A DNA stretch of 64,000 nucleotides from Octopus vulgaris (GCA_951406725.2 OX597825.1:34534001-34598000); one strand, 5' to 3'. Shown: positions 1 through 9,968, counted from the stretch's first letter. Numbers and translations are program-made. Notes: a model not told the origin generated them from the sequence alone.

Positions 1-84
1 CGAAGGATTAGTTACCGTAGAAGGGTCTCCATCACGAGGAAGAGAAGGTAGGTGCCTTTATATTCAAATCGCGCACTTACCACA
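1..84 (+). repeat. 3' part of the 5' LTR (ends ...CCACA)
   Basis: Aligns to 3930-4013 at offset 3929; identity stops right after ACCACA. Confidence 0.95.
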
Positions 85-96
85 AGCTATTTCGGC
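85..96 (+). promoter_or_regulatory. Putative non-canonical primer-binding site, complementary to nt 1-12 of tRNA-Phe(GAA)
   Basis: AGCTATTTCGGC abuts the LTR end. Its reverse complement GCCGAAATAGCT is the conserved 5' end of metazoan cytosolic tRNA-Phe (recalled sequence). There is no TGG (CCA complement). Confidence 0.75.
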
Positions 97-137
97 AGTT
101 CTTAAACATTTACATTTCAACACGATTCGTCGCCACG

Positions 138-902
138 ATGTCTGCAAAAATTAGGATCGCCAGCGACGTCGTCAGACCTTTTAATGGTGAAGGCGATGTA
201 GTGGCCTGGATTCGCAAAATCAGGCTGGTGGCAAGACTGCAAGGTATAAGCGATGTGGCAAGTCTTATGGCGCTGTATTTAGAAGGGAGTGCCTTAACGC
301 TATACCTTGAGATGGATGAAGAGGAACGGCTCAGCGAGGAGAACATAGAGCGACGCTTGCGGGATGCCTACACGGAATGCGAATACACAGCTTTTGCTAA
401 GCTAGGTGCGATCAGGTGGACGGGAAGCCAAGTGGATGACTATGCAGCAGAAGTTAGAAGGTTAGCGACTCTGGCTGGGTTTGCGGGAGAAGGGCTGGAG
501 AGAGCAGCCCTGCTGGCGTTTGTGAATGGGTTCCCCGATGATGTAGGGATTCACCTACAACGACTGCCCGGGATTAAAAAGATGGCGCTGAGCGAACTCG
601 TGGCTCAGACCCGCATGTTGACGAGACACTCTGGGCGGAAGGCGATAGCGATGGCGGTGACGGAGGCGCGTAAAGACGGACGACGTCCCGAGAAAGACGT
701 ACAGAAGCTTATCATGCAACGAGAGCGGCCGTTCTCAGGACGGTGTTTTAGATGCCAGGGACCGCACATGGCGCGGGACTGTACGCAGCCGGGGCCCGTT
801 TGCTATCGATGCAGGCAGACAGGGCACATTGCCTGTGATTGCGACCAGGGAAACGACCGCGGGGAAGTTGCTGCCTCTCGAACTTTCCCCGCAAACGAGT
901 AG
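138..902 (+). CDS. gag: Gag (254 aa) with two zinc knuckles
   Basis: Intact ORF. Knuckles are CFRCQGPHMARDC (CX2CX3HX4C) and CYRCRQTGHIACDC (CX2CX4HX4C). Confidence 0.92.
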   Translation: MSAKIRIASDVVRPFNGEGDVVAWIRKIRLVARLQGISDVASLMALYLEGSALTLYLEMDEEERLSEENIERRLRDAYTECEYTAFAKLGAIRWTGSQVDDYAAEVRRLATLAGFAGEGLERAALLAFVNGFPDDVGIHLQRLPGIKKMALSELVAQTRMLTRHSGRKAIAMAVTEARKDGRRPEKDVQKLIMQRERPFSGRCFRCQGPHMARDCTQPGPVCYRCRQTGHIACDCDQGNDRGEVAASRTFPANE

Positions 903-907
903 AGGCG
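848..907 (+). promoter_or_regulatory. -1 ribosomal frameshift signal: slippery G_GGA_AAC plus H-type pseudoknot
   Basis: GGGAAAC at 848-854 is in the gag frame. Stem 1 is GCGGGGAAGTT (859-869) with AACTTTCCCCGC (881-892). Loop GCCTCT (873-878) pairs with AGAGGC (901-906). The protease ORF is in the -1 frame. Confidence 0.85.
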
Positions 908-1456
908 CTATTGGAGACGCTGCCATTGATTGACGTGGAGGCCAAGGGGAAGATGTTCAAGGCCCTCGTGGATACGGGCTGTACGACCACCCTTGTGACT
1001 TCGAGGGTGACGAAGGAATGGAACGGGGTGAGTAGTGTCCGGGCGGTCGACGGCAGCGAAATCCGTTGCAGAGGCAGCAGCAAGGTAGAGATAGTGGTGC
1101 GCGGCGCGACGCTAAGGCTGCAGGCAATTGTGGCCGAACGCGTGATAGATGGAGTTGATGTGGTGATGGGGATGGACGCCATCAACTGCCTCGGTGGCGT
1201 CAGTGTTGTGGGAAATGAGGTCACGTTCGGAAGCGTGGGGGCGTCGTGCACTGCGAGTCAGGATCGCCAGAGAGAGCAGAGCCCCGTGAGGGACTGCGCC
1301 GCTTACACCATTGAGAACAAAGACTTTCAGGCGGCGTTCGATGGTCAGTGGTGGACGATAGAGTGGCAATGGAAGGACGAGCCCCCAACGCTGGAAAACA
1401 GGGTGAGCTGTTACCAGCATACCCTGAAAGGCCGGCCACATCAGGGTCGAGTTTGA
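848..1456 (+). pseudogene. pol: pol part 1: aspartic protease
   Basis: ALVDTGC catalytic motif and VVMGMD motif. The frame is broken at ~1430-1437 by a GGCC tandem duplication. Confidence 0.88.
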
Positions 1457-2872
1457 AGACGAGGTGGAGAGGTGGATCGAGGAAGGGGTCCTTGTCCCTT
1501 GGAAGGAGGAGGTAGCGGGTGGAGTGCTACCCCTGATGGCAGTGGTGCAGCCTACGAAGGGAAAAGTCAGACCGGTGCTGGACTTCAGGGAGCTGAACCA
1601 GCACATATCGTGTCACACGGGAGGTGAGGCGACAGACGTTTGTGGCGAGGCGTTACGTAAGTGGAGACAGTCGACCGAGGCAGCGACGATTGTCGACTTG
1701 AGATCGGCATACTTGCAGCTCCATGTGAGCGACAAACTGTGGCGATATCAGCTGGTGCGGTACAAGGGCCGGACGTACTGTTTAACCAGACTGGGTTTCG
1801 GGCTGAATTCCGCTCCGAAGATCATGGCGGCAGTGCTTAGGTCCGTCCTAGGGAAAGACGGCAAGATTAGAAAGGCCACCAGCTCCTACATTGACGACAT
1901 TTTGGTGGACGAAACTGTAGTGCCAGCCGACGAGGTAGTTAGTCATCTGGAGAAGTTCGGACTGATTGCTAAGCCACCGGAGTCGATCAAAAGGGGAGCC
2001 GCGCTGGGGCTGAAGCTGCGAAGAGATGGATCGGGTGAATTGGTGTTCCGGAGAGGAAATGAAATCCCAGAGCTGAGTTCCAGCGTCAGCAGGAGAGAGC
2101 TGTTCTCGGTGTGTGGGAAGTTGGTCGGTCACTACCCGATCGCTGGATGGCTGCGCACGGCATGTAGTTACACCAAGAGACGAGCAGAAGGGGAGAGGTG
2201 GGGCGACAAGGTGGGAGAAGGGACGGTGGCGATGATGCAGGAAATCCTAGAGAGGACGAGAGCGGAAGACCCGGTCAGGGGGAACTGGTACGTGCCCAAG
2301 ACGGAATGCGGGACCTTCTGGTGTGATGCTAGCAGTATAGCGATAGGGGTGGTGTTGGCAATCGAAGGCGCGGCGGTGGAGGACGCGGCCTGGCTTCGGA
2401 AAGCAGATGATTTCAACCACATCAACGTCGCCGAATTAGACGCGGTGCTGAAAGGGGTGAACTTGGCCTTGAAATGGGGGCTGTGCACAATTGAAATCCG
2501 GACGGATTCGGCCACTGTGCTTGGCTGGGTAGGATCGGTGATCACCGGTGAAAGGAGAGTGCGGACGAAAGGTGCTGCGGAGATGTTAGTGAAGTGCCGT
2601 CTAGGAGTTCTAAGTGAATTGATCGCCGAGTTCAGACTGAAGCTGAACGTGGTTTTCGTGCCTTCGGAGAAAAACAGAGCGGACATACTGACCAGGGTGA
2701 AAAGAGCGTGGTTGGAAGAACCGGAGGAGGCCCGGAAAGGGATAGCTGCGGCGTGTCGGTTCGATGACTCTGAACTGAAGAAACTGCATGCTATGCATCA
2801 CTTGGGTGTGGACAGGACCCTGTATCTGGCGAAGAAAATTGATACTGACGTCACTAGGAGAAGCATCGGAAG
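1438..2872 (+). pseudogene. pol: pol part 2: reverse transcriptase, RNase H and start of the integrase zinc finger
   Basis: RT motifs: RPVLDFRELN, VDLRSAYLQL, LGFGLNSAP, YIDD. RNase H motifs: WCDAS, HINVAELDAV, TDS, NRADILTR. HAMHH supplies the HH of HHCC. Confidence 0.93.
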
Positions 2873-3721
2873 GTGGTCGGGAGCTGTGACAGGTGTCAGT
2901 CCATCGACCCTGCTCCGTGTGGGCATGAACAGGGAAGCCTTTCCGTGGAGCAGAACTGGAAAAGGCTAGCTGTGGATGTGACACACTACCGTCAGCGAAT
3001 GTACCTCTCCATGGTCGACTGCGGGCCGGGCCGGCTGGCCATTTGGAGGGAGTTGAGATCGGGCATTGCTGACGAGATCACGCAGATCCTGAACGGGATA
3101 TTCTTAGAGAGAGGTCCTATGGAAGAACTACTGATGGACAATGGGGCGGCGTTTCGTTCGGAAGCATTGAGGGTTATGCTTGATCGGTGGAATGTGCGAC
3201 GCTTGTTCAGAGCAGCGTATAGGCCGAGCGGTAACGGGATCGTGGAGAGGCACCATCAGACAGTCAAGGCCATAGCGGAAAGAGGGCACATTTCGCCGCT
3301 TGAAGCAGTTTTTTGGTACAACTTGTCTCCCCAATCCAGACAAGCTGAAGAATCTGTGCTGCAGAGAGCTGTGTTCAAATATGAATGGAGGCACCCGAGC
3401 AAAGCGCCGGGAGATCACGAGGAAGAGAAGGGACCCGTTCGCGTGAAAATAGGGGAGGAAGTCTGGGTCAAGCCACCAAAGGCGCGCTGTACGTCTCAAT
3501 GGAGCAGAGGAACGGTGACGGCGGTCAATTCCAGAAACAACGTATCCGTAGATGGAACTCCACGACACGTCTTGGACCTTCGCAGGATTGTCGCTTCGAC
3601 GGACGACGATTCTGGAGAGGGGGAGAACGAGGTGCCCAGCTTGAGAAGATGTCGACGAGCAAGGCGCTCCCTCGGTTGGATGGTGGACTACGACATGGAG
3701 CGGAGAGATTGTGATCTTTAA
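2873..3721 (+). pseudogene. pol: pol part 3: DDE integrase
   Basis: CDRC completes HHCC across a frameshift. Catalytic triad AVDVTH / MDNG / NGIVERHH, followed by a C-terminal SH3-like segment. Confidence 0.92.
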
Positions 3722-3734
3722 GATCAGGGTGGCG
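3720..3734 (+). promoter_or_regulatory. Imperfect polypurine tract
   Basis: AAGATCAGGGTGGCG lies immediately before the TGTGG start of the 3' LTR. Confidence 0.55.
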
Positions 3735-4013
3735 TGTGGGATGACGTCAGCAGCTGGGTGCGTTGACCGGAAGCTGGGGCAACCGGAAGGGGAAGCTGTC
3801 AGGCGTGCGCAGGCAGCGGTCAATTGGGCCTTTTCCAACGTGGGTCGTCCAGGTGACAAGACGTGTGAGGACGTCGCTAAGGGTTTGGGTGAGCAGCTGC
3901 TATCTTTAGTGTTCGAGTCAGGGCTGCGTTGAAGGATTAGTTACCGCAGAAGGGTCTCCATCACGAGGAAGAGAAGGTAGGTGCCTTTATATTCAAATCG
4001 CGCACTCACCACA
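3735..4013 (+). repeat. 3' LTR (~279 bp), TGTGG...CCACA
   Basis: 5-bp terminal inverted repeat; follows the PPT; its 3' 84 nt match the window start. Confidence 0.88.
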
Positions 4014-4329
4014 GGAAAAAAGACACGAAAGAAAAATAACATACTGACAACCACCAACCCGTAATAACATGTACCCTAGGTGGATGACTACATGGGAATA
4101 AAGACAAATAAAATATGGACATATATATATAACCAGTGCAAAGATACAATTTCTTTACAAGAACGTTTAAATAAAAAAAAAAAATGTTTTCATCGAAAAA
4201 TACAGAACACGTCTAAATATGCATGCATAATCAACTTTGACCTCTTTACATACTTTAATTCACGATTACATACCCATCACTACATATTTCTCCCCACTAG
4301 TCTAGTTTCCGAATTTTTGTGTTCATATA

Positions 4330-4541
4330 TCTCTCTTTACTCTTTTACTTGTTTCAGAAATTTGACTGCGGCCATGCTGGATCACCGCCTTTAATCGAGC
4401 AACTCGACCCCGGGACTTATTCTTTGTAAACCCAGTACTTATTCTATCGGTCTCTTTTGCCGAACCGCTAAGTTACGGAGACATAAACACACCAGCATCG
4501 GTTGTCAAGCAATGCTAGGAGAACAAACACAAACATACACG

Positions 4542-4581
<40 letters not shown>

Positions 4582-4746
4582 TACGACGGGCTTCTTTCAG
4601 TTTCCGTCTACAAATCCACTCACAAGGGTTTGGTCGGCACGAGGCTATAGTAGAAGACACTTGCCCAAGGTGCCACGCAGTGGGACTGAACCCGGAACCA
4701 TGTGGTTGGTAAACAAGCTACTTACCACACAGCCTCTCCTGCGCTT
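4330..4746 (-). mobile_element. SINE family A (tRNA-like head, internal TA/CA microsatellite, LINE-like tail)
   Basis: Reverse complement of the copy at 8326-8720, with head GGCTGTGTGGTAAG...GGTTCAGTCC. Confidence 0.88.
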
Positions 4747-4779
4747 ATGTGTGTGGGTGTGTGTGTGTGTGTATGTATG

Positions 4780-4820
<41 letters not shown>

Positions 4821-4868
4821 GGGAGCTTTATGAAAATAAACAAAAGACGAAGGCAGGTAAAACAAACA

Positions 4869-4912
<44 letters not shown>

Positions 4913-4984
4913 GCAAAAATTCGAAAATTTGAAATAAAAGAATAAAAGACTAATCTTAAAATTTATAAAAAAAAAAAAGCGCAC

Positions 4985-5108
4985 AAATCTTGTAATTACA
5001 GCTACCCAGGGTTTCCTGGTCGAAATAATAATTTATTCGGCATTTATCAAGCTGAATAAATTATTATTTCGACCAGGAAACCCTGAGTCAGCTGTAATTA
5101 CAAGATTT
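4985..5108. repeat. Fold-back inverted repeat (~54-bp arms)
   Basis: AAATCTTGTAATTACAGCT...TTATTC pairs with GAATAA...AGCTGTAATTACAAGATTT. Confidence 0.85.
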
Positions 5109-5179
5109 TATCATTATTATTATTTAAAGATTATCTTTACTCTATTAGCTGATCGAGTGCTTTTCCTACTTGTTGAAGC

Positions 5180-5259
<80 letters not shown>

Positions 5260-5286
5260 GTGTATAGATAGATATATAGATATACG

Positions 5287-5317
<31 letters not shown>

Positions 5318-5419
5318 TATATGGCATATAGATGATATTTTGCAATATTCGCATATTCTCCATGTAATTGTTGTCGCTTCAATAAACTTTGGAAAATGGT
5401 TCGTTATTATTGTCATTGT

Positions 5420-5828
5420 TAAGACGGTGAACTGGCAGAATCGTCGGTACGCTGGACGAAATGCGTAGCAGTATTTCGCCCGTTGATATATGTTCTGAGT
5501 TCAAATTCCATCAAAGTCGACTTTGCCTTTCATCCTTTCGAGGTCGATAAAATGAGTACGAGTTGAGTAGTCCTCTCCCAACAAATTTCAGGCCTTGCGC
5601 CTATAGTAGAAGCGTAGAAGGGATTGTTATTATTATTGTTAATGCGGCAAGCTGACATAACAGGCTTTTCATCCGTCCGTCATCTGAGTTCAAATTCCGC
5701 CGAGGCGAACTTTGCCTTTCATCCTTTCGGGATCTATAAAATAAGTACCTGTCAAGTACTGGGGTCGATGTGATCGATTTCCCCCCACCCTTAATAGCTG
5801 CCAGCCTTGTGCCAAAATTTGAAACTAA
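5420..5828 (+). mobile_element. Two tandem degenerate SINE family B copies followed by (TTA)n
   Basis: CTGAGTTCAAATTCC and GCCTTTCATCCTTTCG..GATAAA core, each present twice. Confidence 0.8.
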
Positions 5829-5880
<52 letters not shown>

Positions 5881-6589
5881 GCTTATTTATTGGTTATGCA
5901 TTAGTTTTTAAACTTTCAAAGTAAAGATGCGCAAGATAAAAGAATTGATTTATGCCATGCAAATTAAACATTATTTTCATTGTGGGTTGGGGTGGGGGGT
6001 GATTCTTCAGGAGAAGCAGGATGGAGTGACAATACTTCTAATAGGCAACAATTCACAAAGTAATCAATCCTTTAAGGTTTTGTACGAAAAAGTATAGGTA
6101 CCCCACGAAAGAATCATTATAATATCTCGACGTATTAGTTTCAAGTGCTTCGTATTAACCACACAAGAATAACCATAGACAGAACAGAACAACTTTCCCA
6201 ATTTCGCTTAGTCATCAGCTTCTAATATCGATTTACTACATTGGCACAAGGCCACAGATGATAAGGGAAGGGCGCACACTTCACTGATAAATCAATCCAC
6301 ATTTAATTAACTGTTCCTTATTTTATATGCTTCCCTTTCACCATCGATGAACGAATGGCAAAGTCAGTTTTGGTTGGATATAAATAGGAACTCATGATAT
6401 ATGGCAAAAATGAGGCAGAACTACCAGCACTGTGCAAGCCCCACTATAGGGTATTCGCTAGAATGAGCCTCTTCGCGGTGATTCGATTTGTTCGGAATAG
6501 CAGTCAATTTCCCTTAAACCACACCCTATGGTCTTCAAACTGGAAGGACACATTTGGATAATATAGTCCTAATACACTATGTCTTTTAC

Positions 6590-6830
6590 CTTTTACTTAT
6601 TTCAGTAGTCATCTGACTGCGGCCATGCTGGAGCACTGCTTTGAAGGGTTTTAATCGAATGAATCAACCCCAGTACTTGATTTTGTTAAGCCTGGTACTT
6701 ATTCTATCGAACCCTTTTGCCGAACCGTTAGGTTACGAGAACGTAAACACACCAACACCGGTTGTCAAGCGGTGATGGGGCGGGGTTAAAAACACAGACA
6801 CAAAGACACACATACGTAGATATTTACACA
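6590..6830 (-). mobile_element. SINE family A, 3' half
   Basis: GACTGCGGCCATGCTGGAGCAC and TTTTGCCGAACCG motifs. Confidence 0.8.
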
Positions 6831-6836
6831 CACACA

Positions 6837-6872
<36 letters not shown>

Positions 6873-6948
6873 TATATATATATCTTAAAATGAGACAACA
6901 AAACTAAGGCTGTGTGGAATTTATAGGATATTTATAAAGAGAAAGATA

Positions 6949-6996
6949 GTCTTACAGCTGTTTCTGGGATATTAGGCATATCCCTTCATCAGAGAC
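6949..6996 (-). ncRNA. Minimal type I hammerhead ribozyme motif
   Basis: Minus strand reads GTCT-CTGATGA-a-GGGATAT gccta ATATCCC-a-GAAAC-agct-GTA-AGAC. Confidence 0.75.
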
Positions 6997-7452
6997 GATA
7001 TTAGAGCGTTAAATAGAGGGAAACAGTATAGTTCAATATAAGGAATTATTTTAGAAAAGAATGGATATAGGAAGTATAAACGAAAATAAGAGAATAAAAA
7101 TTAATATAAAAATATATGTAGGATGTTACAGGTGCAGTTCCATTATCCAACGAAAGTGCTGTGTAGAATGGGTAGAATTGCTTCTTGTCCATGGTATGTA
7201 GATTCCTATAGGAATTCGTATTTTGTTACTACGAGTGATTAGTATGGAGATAAATTCCATAAATTCCATTCAGCACAGCACTTCCCTTGGATAATGGAAC
7301 TGCAATTGTAACATCCTGCATGTATTTTTACTTTTATTTTCATTCGTATTTTTATTCTCTTATTTCCCTTTACATTTCCTATATCCATCCTTTTTCAAAA
7401 TCACTACTTATATAGAACTCTACTATTTCCCTTTAGTTAACTCTCTCATATT

Positions 7453-7500
7453 GTCTTTGATGAAGGGATACGCTTAATATCCCAGAAACAGCTGTAAGAC
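7453..7500 (+). ncRNA. Hammerhead motif, degenerate copy (core C3 to T)
   Basis: GTCT-TTGATGA-a-GGGATAC gctta ATATCCC-a-GAAAC-agct-GTA-AGAC. Confidence 0.65.
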
Positions 7501-7719
7501 TACCTTTCTCGTTATAAATATCCTATAAATTTCGCACAGCCTTAATTTTGTTGTCTCATTTTATTTAACATATACATGCTCACACATGACCCGCATTAGA
7601 CTCCTCACTTCTATTATTATCGAACTGAGAGTCTAACTACGGTCCTCCTGTAGCACTTACTTAGCCTTACCTGTCATCTTGGGTCTTCTGGATGCCAATA
7701 CCTCTCATATATATATATA

Positions 7720-7905
7720 TGTCTGGGAGAGTCATTCTCTTTTAGTGCATTATTACTTAACACATTCACCGGTTCGATTTCCACTCATTTACTTGCAAGA
7801 CGTAACGAAAATTTTAGAAAAAAATAAGTAAGTAAATGAGTGGAAATCAAACCGGTGAGTGTGTTGAGTAATAAGGCACTAAAAGAGAATGACTCTCCTC
7901 AGACA
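7720..7905. repeat. Fold-back inverted repeat / MITE-like (~75-bp arms)
   Basis: TGTCTGGGAGAGTCATTCTCTTTTAGTGC...CCACTCATTTACTT mirrors AAGTAAATGAGTGG...GCACTAAAAGAGAATGACTCTCCTCAGACA. Confidence 0.85.
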
Positions 7906-7968
7906 CAATAAAATATGCTTCAACACACGAATTCACATAAAGAATTTTGCAAACCAAATGCAAAAACG

Positions 7969-8004
<36 letters not shown>

Positions 8005-8105
8005 ATAAAAGCTCCACGAGGCTCCGGCAGGGGATGGTGGTGATCCCTTGTACTCTTTCACCACTCTAAAGGCGGTGCTTCCGTCAAATGACTGAAACAA
8101 GTACA

Positions 8106-8139
<34 letters not shown>

Positions 8140-8141
<2 letters not shown>

Positions 8142-8295
8142 ACGCAGTTTCCGTATGCAAATCCACTCACAAGGCTTTAGTCGGTCCGAGGTTACAGTAG
8201 AAACACTCGCCTAAGGTGGCACTCAGCGGAACTGAACCCGGAGCCATGTGGTTGGGAAGCAAACTTCTTACTACACAGCCACACCTGCGCCTATA
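8140..8295 (-). mobile_element. SINE family A head
   Basis: AAATCCACTCACAAGGCTTT...ACACAGCCACACCTGCGCCTATA. Confidence 0.8.
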
Positions 8296-8325
8296 TCTTT
8301 TTTTGTTAAAAAAAAAAAAGAAAAC

Positions 8326-8720
8326 ATAGGTGCAGGAGTGGCTGAGTGGTAAGTAGCTTGCTTACCAACCACATGGTTCTGGGTTCAGTCCCACTGCGTG
8401 GCAACTTGGGCAAGTGTCTTCTACTATAGCCTCGGGCCGACCAAAGCCTTGTGGGTGGATTTGGTAGACGGAAACTGAAAGAAGCCCGTCGTATATATGT
8501 ATATGTGTGTGTGTGTGCGTGTGTGTTTGTGTGTCTGTGTTTGTCCCCCTAGCATTGCTTGACAACCGATGCGGGTGTGTTTATGTCCCCGTCACTTAGC
8601 GGTTCGGCAAAAGAGACCGGTAGAATAAGTCCCGGGGTCGAGTTGCTCGACTAAAGGCGGTGCTCCAGCATGGCCGCAGTCAAATGACTGAAACAAGTAA
8701 AAGAGTAAAAAAGAATAAAG
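8326..8720 (+). mobile_element. SINE family A, near full length
   Basis: A-box-like TGGCTGAGTGG, B-box-like GGTTCAGTCC, internal (TG)n, tail GACTGAAACAAGTAAAAGAG. Confidence 0.9.
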
Positions 8721-9549
8721 AGTATAGGGCGAAATAGTCATGGTTGAACGCTTTGAAAGACGAACCCACGAGTTCAAATCCCGTTGATGTCAGCTTTCCC
8801 TTTTACCCTCCAGAGTAGATAAAATAAAGTACCAGTCAAGGACTTCGACCGATTTAGTATTCCTATGAGCGTTAGAGATGTCGAAATTAAATAACAGACG
8901 AAATCAAATTTGCCTTTCATTCTTCAAGGATCGATAAAATAAAGTACCAGTGAAGTACCGAATTTGATTTAATATTCCTATAAAGCATTCTAGATGTGAA
9001 TGGAATTATAATAGAAGAATGACTAACTGGTATTTCATTTATTTATTTATTTATTTAATGTAATATTTTTTTTAAGTCATTTTGTTTTACAGTTTCTTTT
9101 CTCTTTTTCATCGTGAAATGTTCCTGGTGTCATCGATGGTGGCGGTAGAGGTAATGAGTGGGTGAGGGGTCTAAAGAATTTCTGAAATTGAAACATGACG
9201 TGAACGGAATTATAATAAAAGACTAAGACTTTTGCGTTAACGTTGTTCTTTCAATTTCTTTAATTGACTTTACAGCTTTTCAAATGAACGATAATCCTTG
9301 TTTTGTGGTATGTGCATTATATATATGTGTGTGTGTGTGCACATTGCTGCTGCTACTGCTGTTGTTGTTGTTTAACCCTGAGTTGTGTTTAATAGGGTAG
9401 ACCAACGATCAAATGTATACCAGCCGGAACCAGCCTTTCTTCTTTTCTTTTTTTCTTTTTTGGTAGAATGAGGAAGCATCAGGGAAATTTTGCTGCTATT
9501 TCTTTGAAATCGAGTGAGTCACCATCGAGGAAACGACTACTAGCTCTTG

Positions 9550-9935
9550 ATATGTATGCCTGAATGTATGATGTATGATGTATGATGTGTGCATGTGTGT
9601 GTGTGTGTGCGCCCATGTGTATGCATGTATGTATGCATGAGTGCATATATGCATGCATGTATGCATATATATATATATACATGTATGCATGTATATATGC
9701 ATGTATTTATGTACGCAAGTATTATATATGTACGTATGTATGCATGTATGTTAGTAAGTACATATTTATGTATGCATGCATGTATAAATGTATGTATGTT
9801 TGCATACGTGTATGTATGTATGTATACACTTGCAGTTATGTGTGTACGCATAAATTATATACATACGTATGTATGTATGTATGTTTACAAGTATGTATTT
9901 ATGTATGCATGTGTACATGTATGTGTGCATGTATG

Positions 9936-9968
<33 letters not shown>

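Larger units (their letters stand above)
1..4013 (+). mobile_element. LTR retrotransposon, Ty3/gypsy domain order (gag-PR-RT-RNaseH-IN); 5' LTR truncated by the window edge
   Basis: Direct repeat 1-84 vs 3930-4013 (3 C/T mismatches). Gag, protease, RT, RNase H and integrase motifs lie between the repeats. Visibly GC-rich compared with the flanking DNA. Confidence 0.97.
6886..7563. mobile_element. Long inverted repeat (~290-bp arms) of Penelope-like pseudo-LTRs
   Basis: AAAATGAGACAACAAAA...GTGCTGTG mirrors CACAGCAC...TTTTGTTGTCTCATTTT. Each arm holds a hammerhead motif. Confidence 0.8.

Noticed and set aside
85-96. Tf1-type self-priming
   Set aside because: The complement GCCGAAATAGCT is not present in the complete 3' LTR.
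90-97. TTTCGGCA matching the tRNA-Phe 3' end
   Set aside because: The match is in sense orientation and is only a by-product of acceptor-stem complementarity, so it cannot act as a PBS for the 3' end.
748-3859. Long minus-strand ORFs within the retrotransposon
   Set aside because: These are antisense shadows of GC-rich coding sequence with no motifs.
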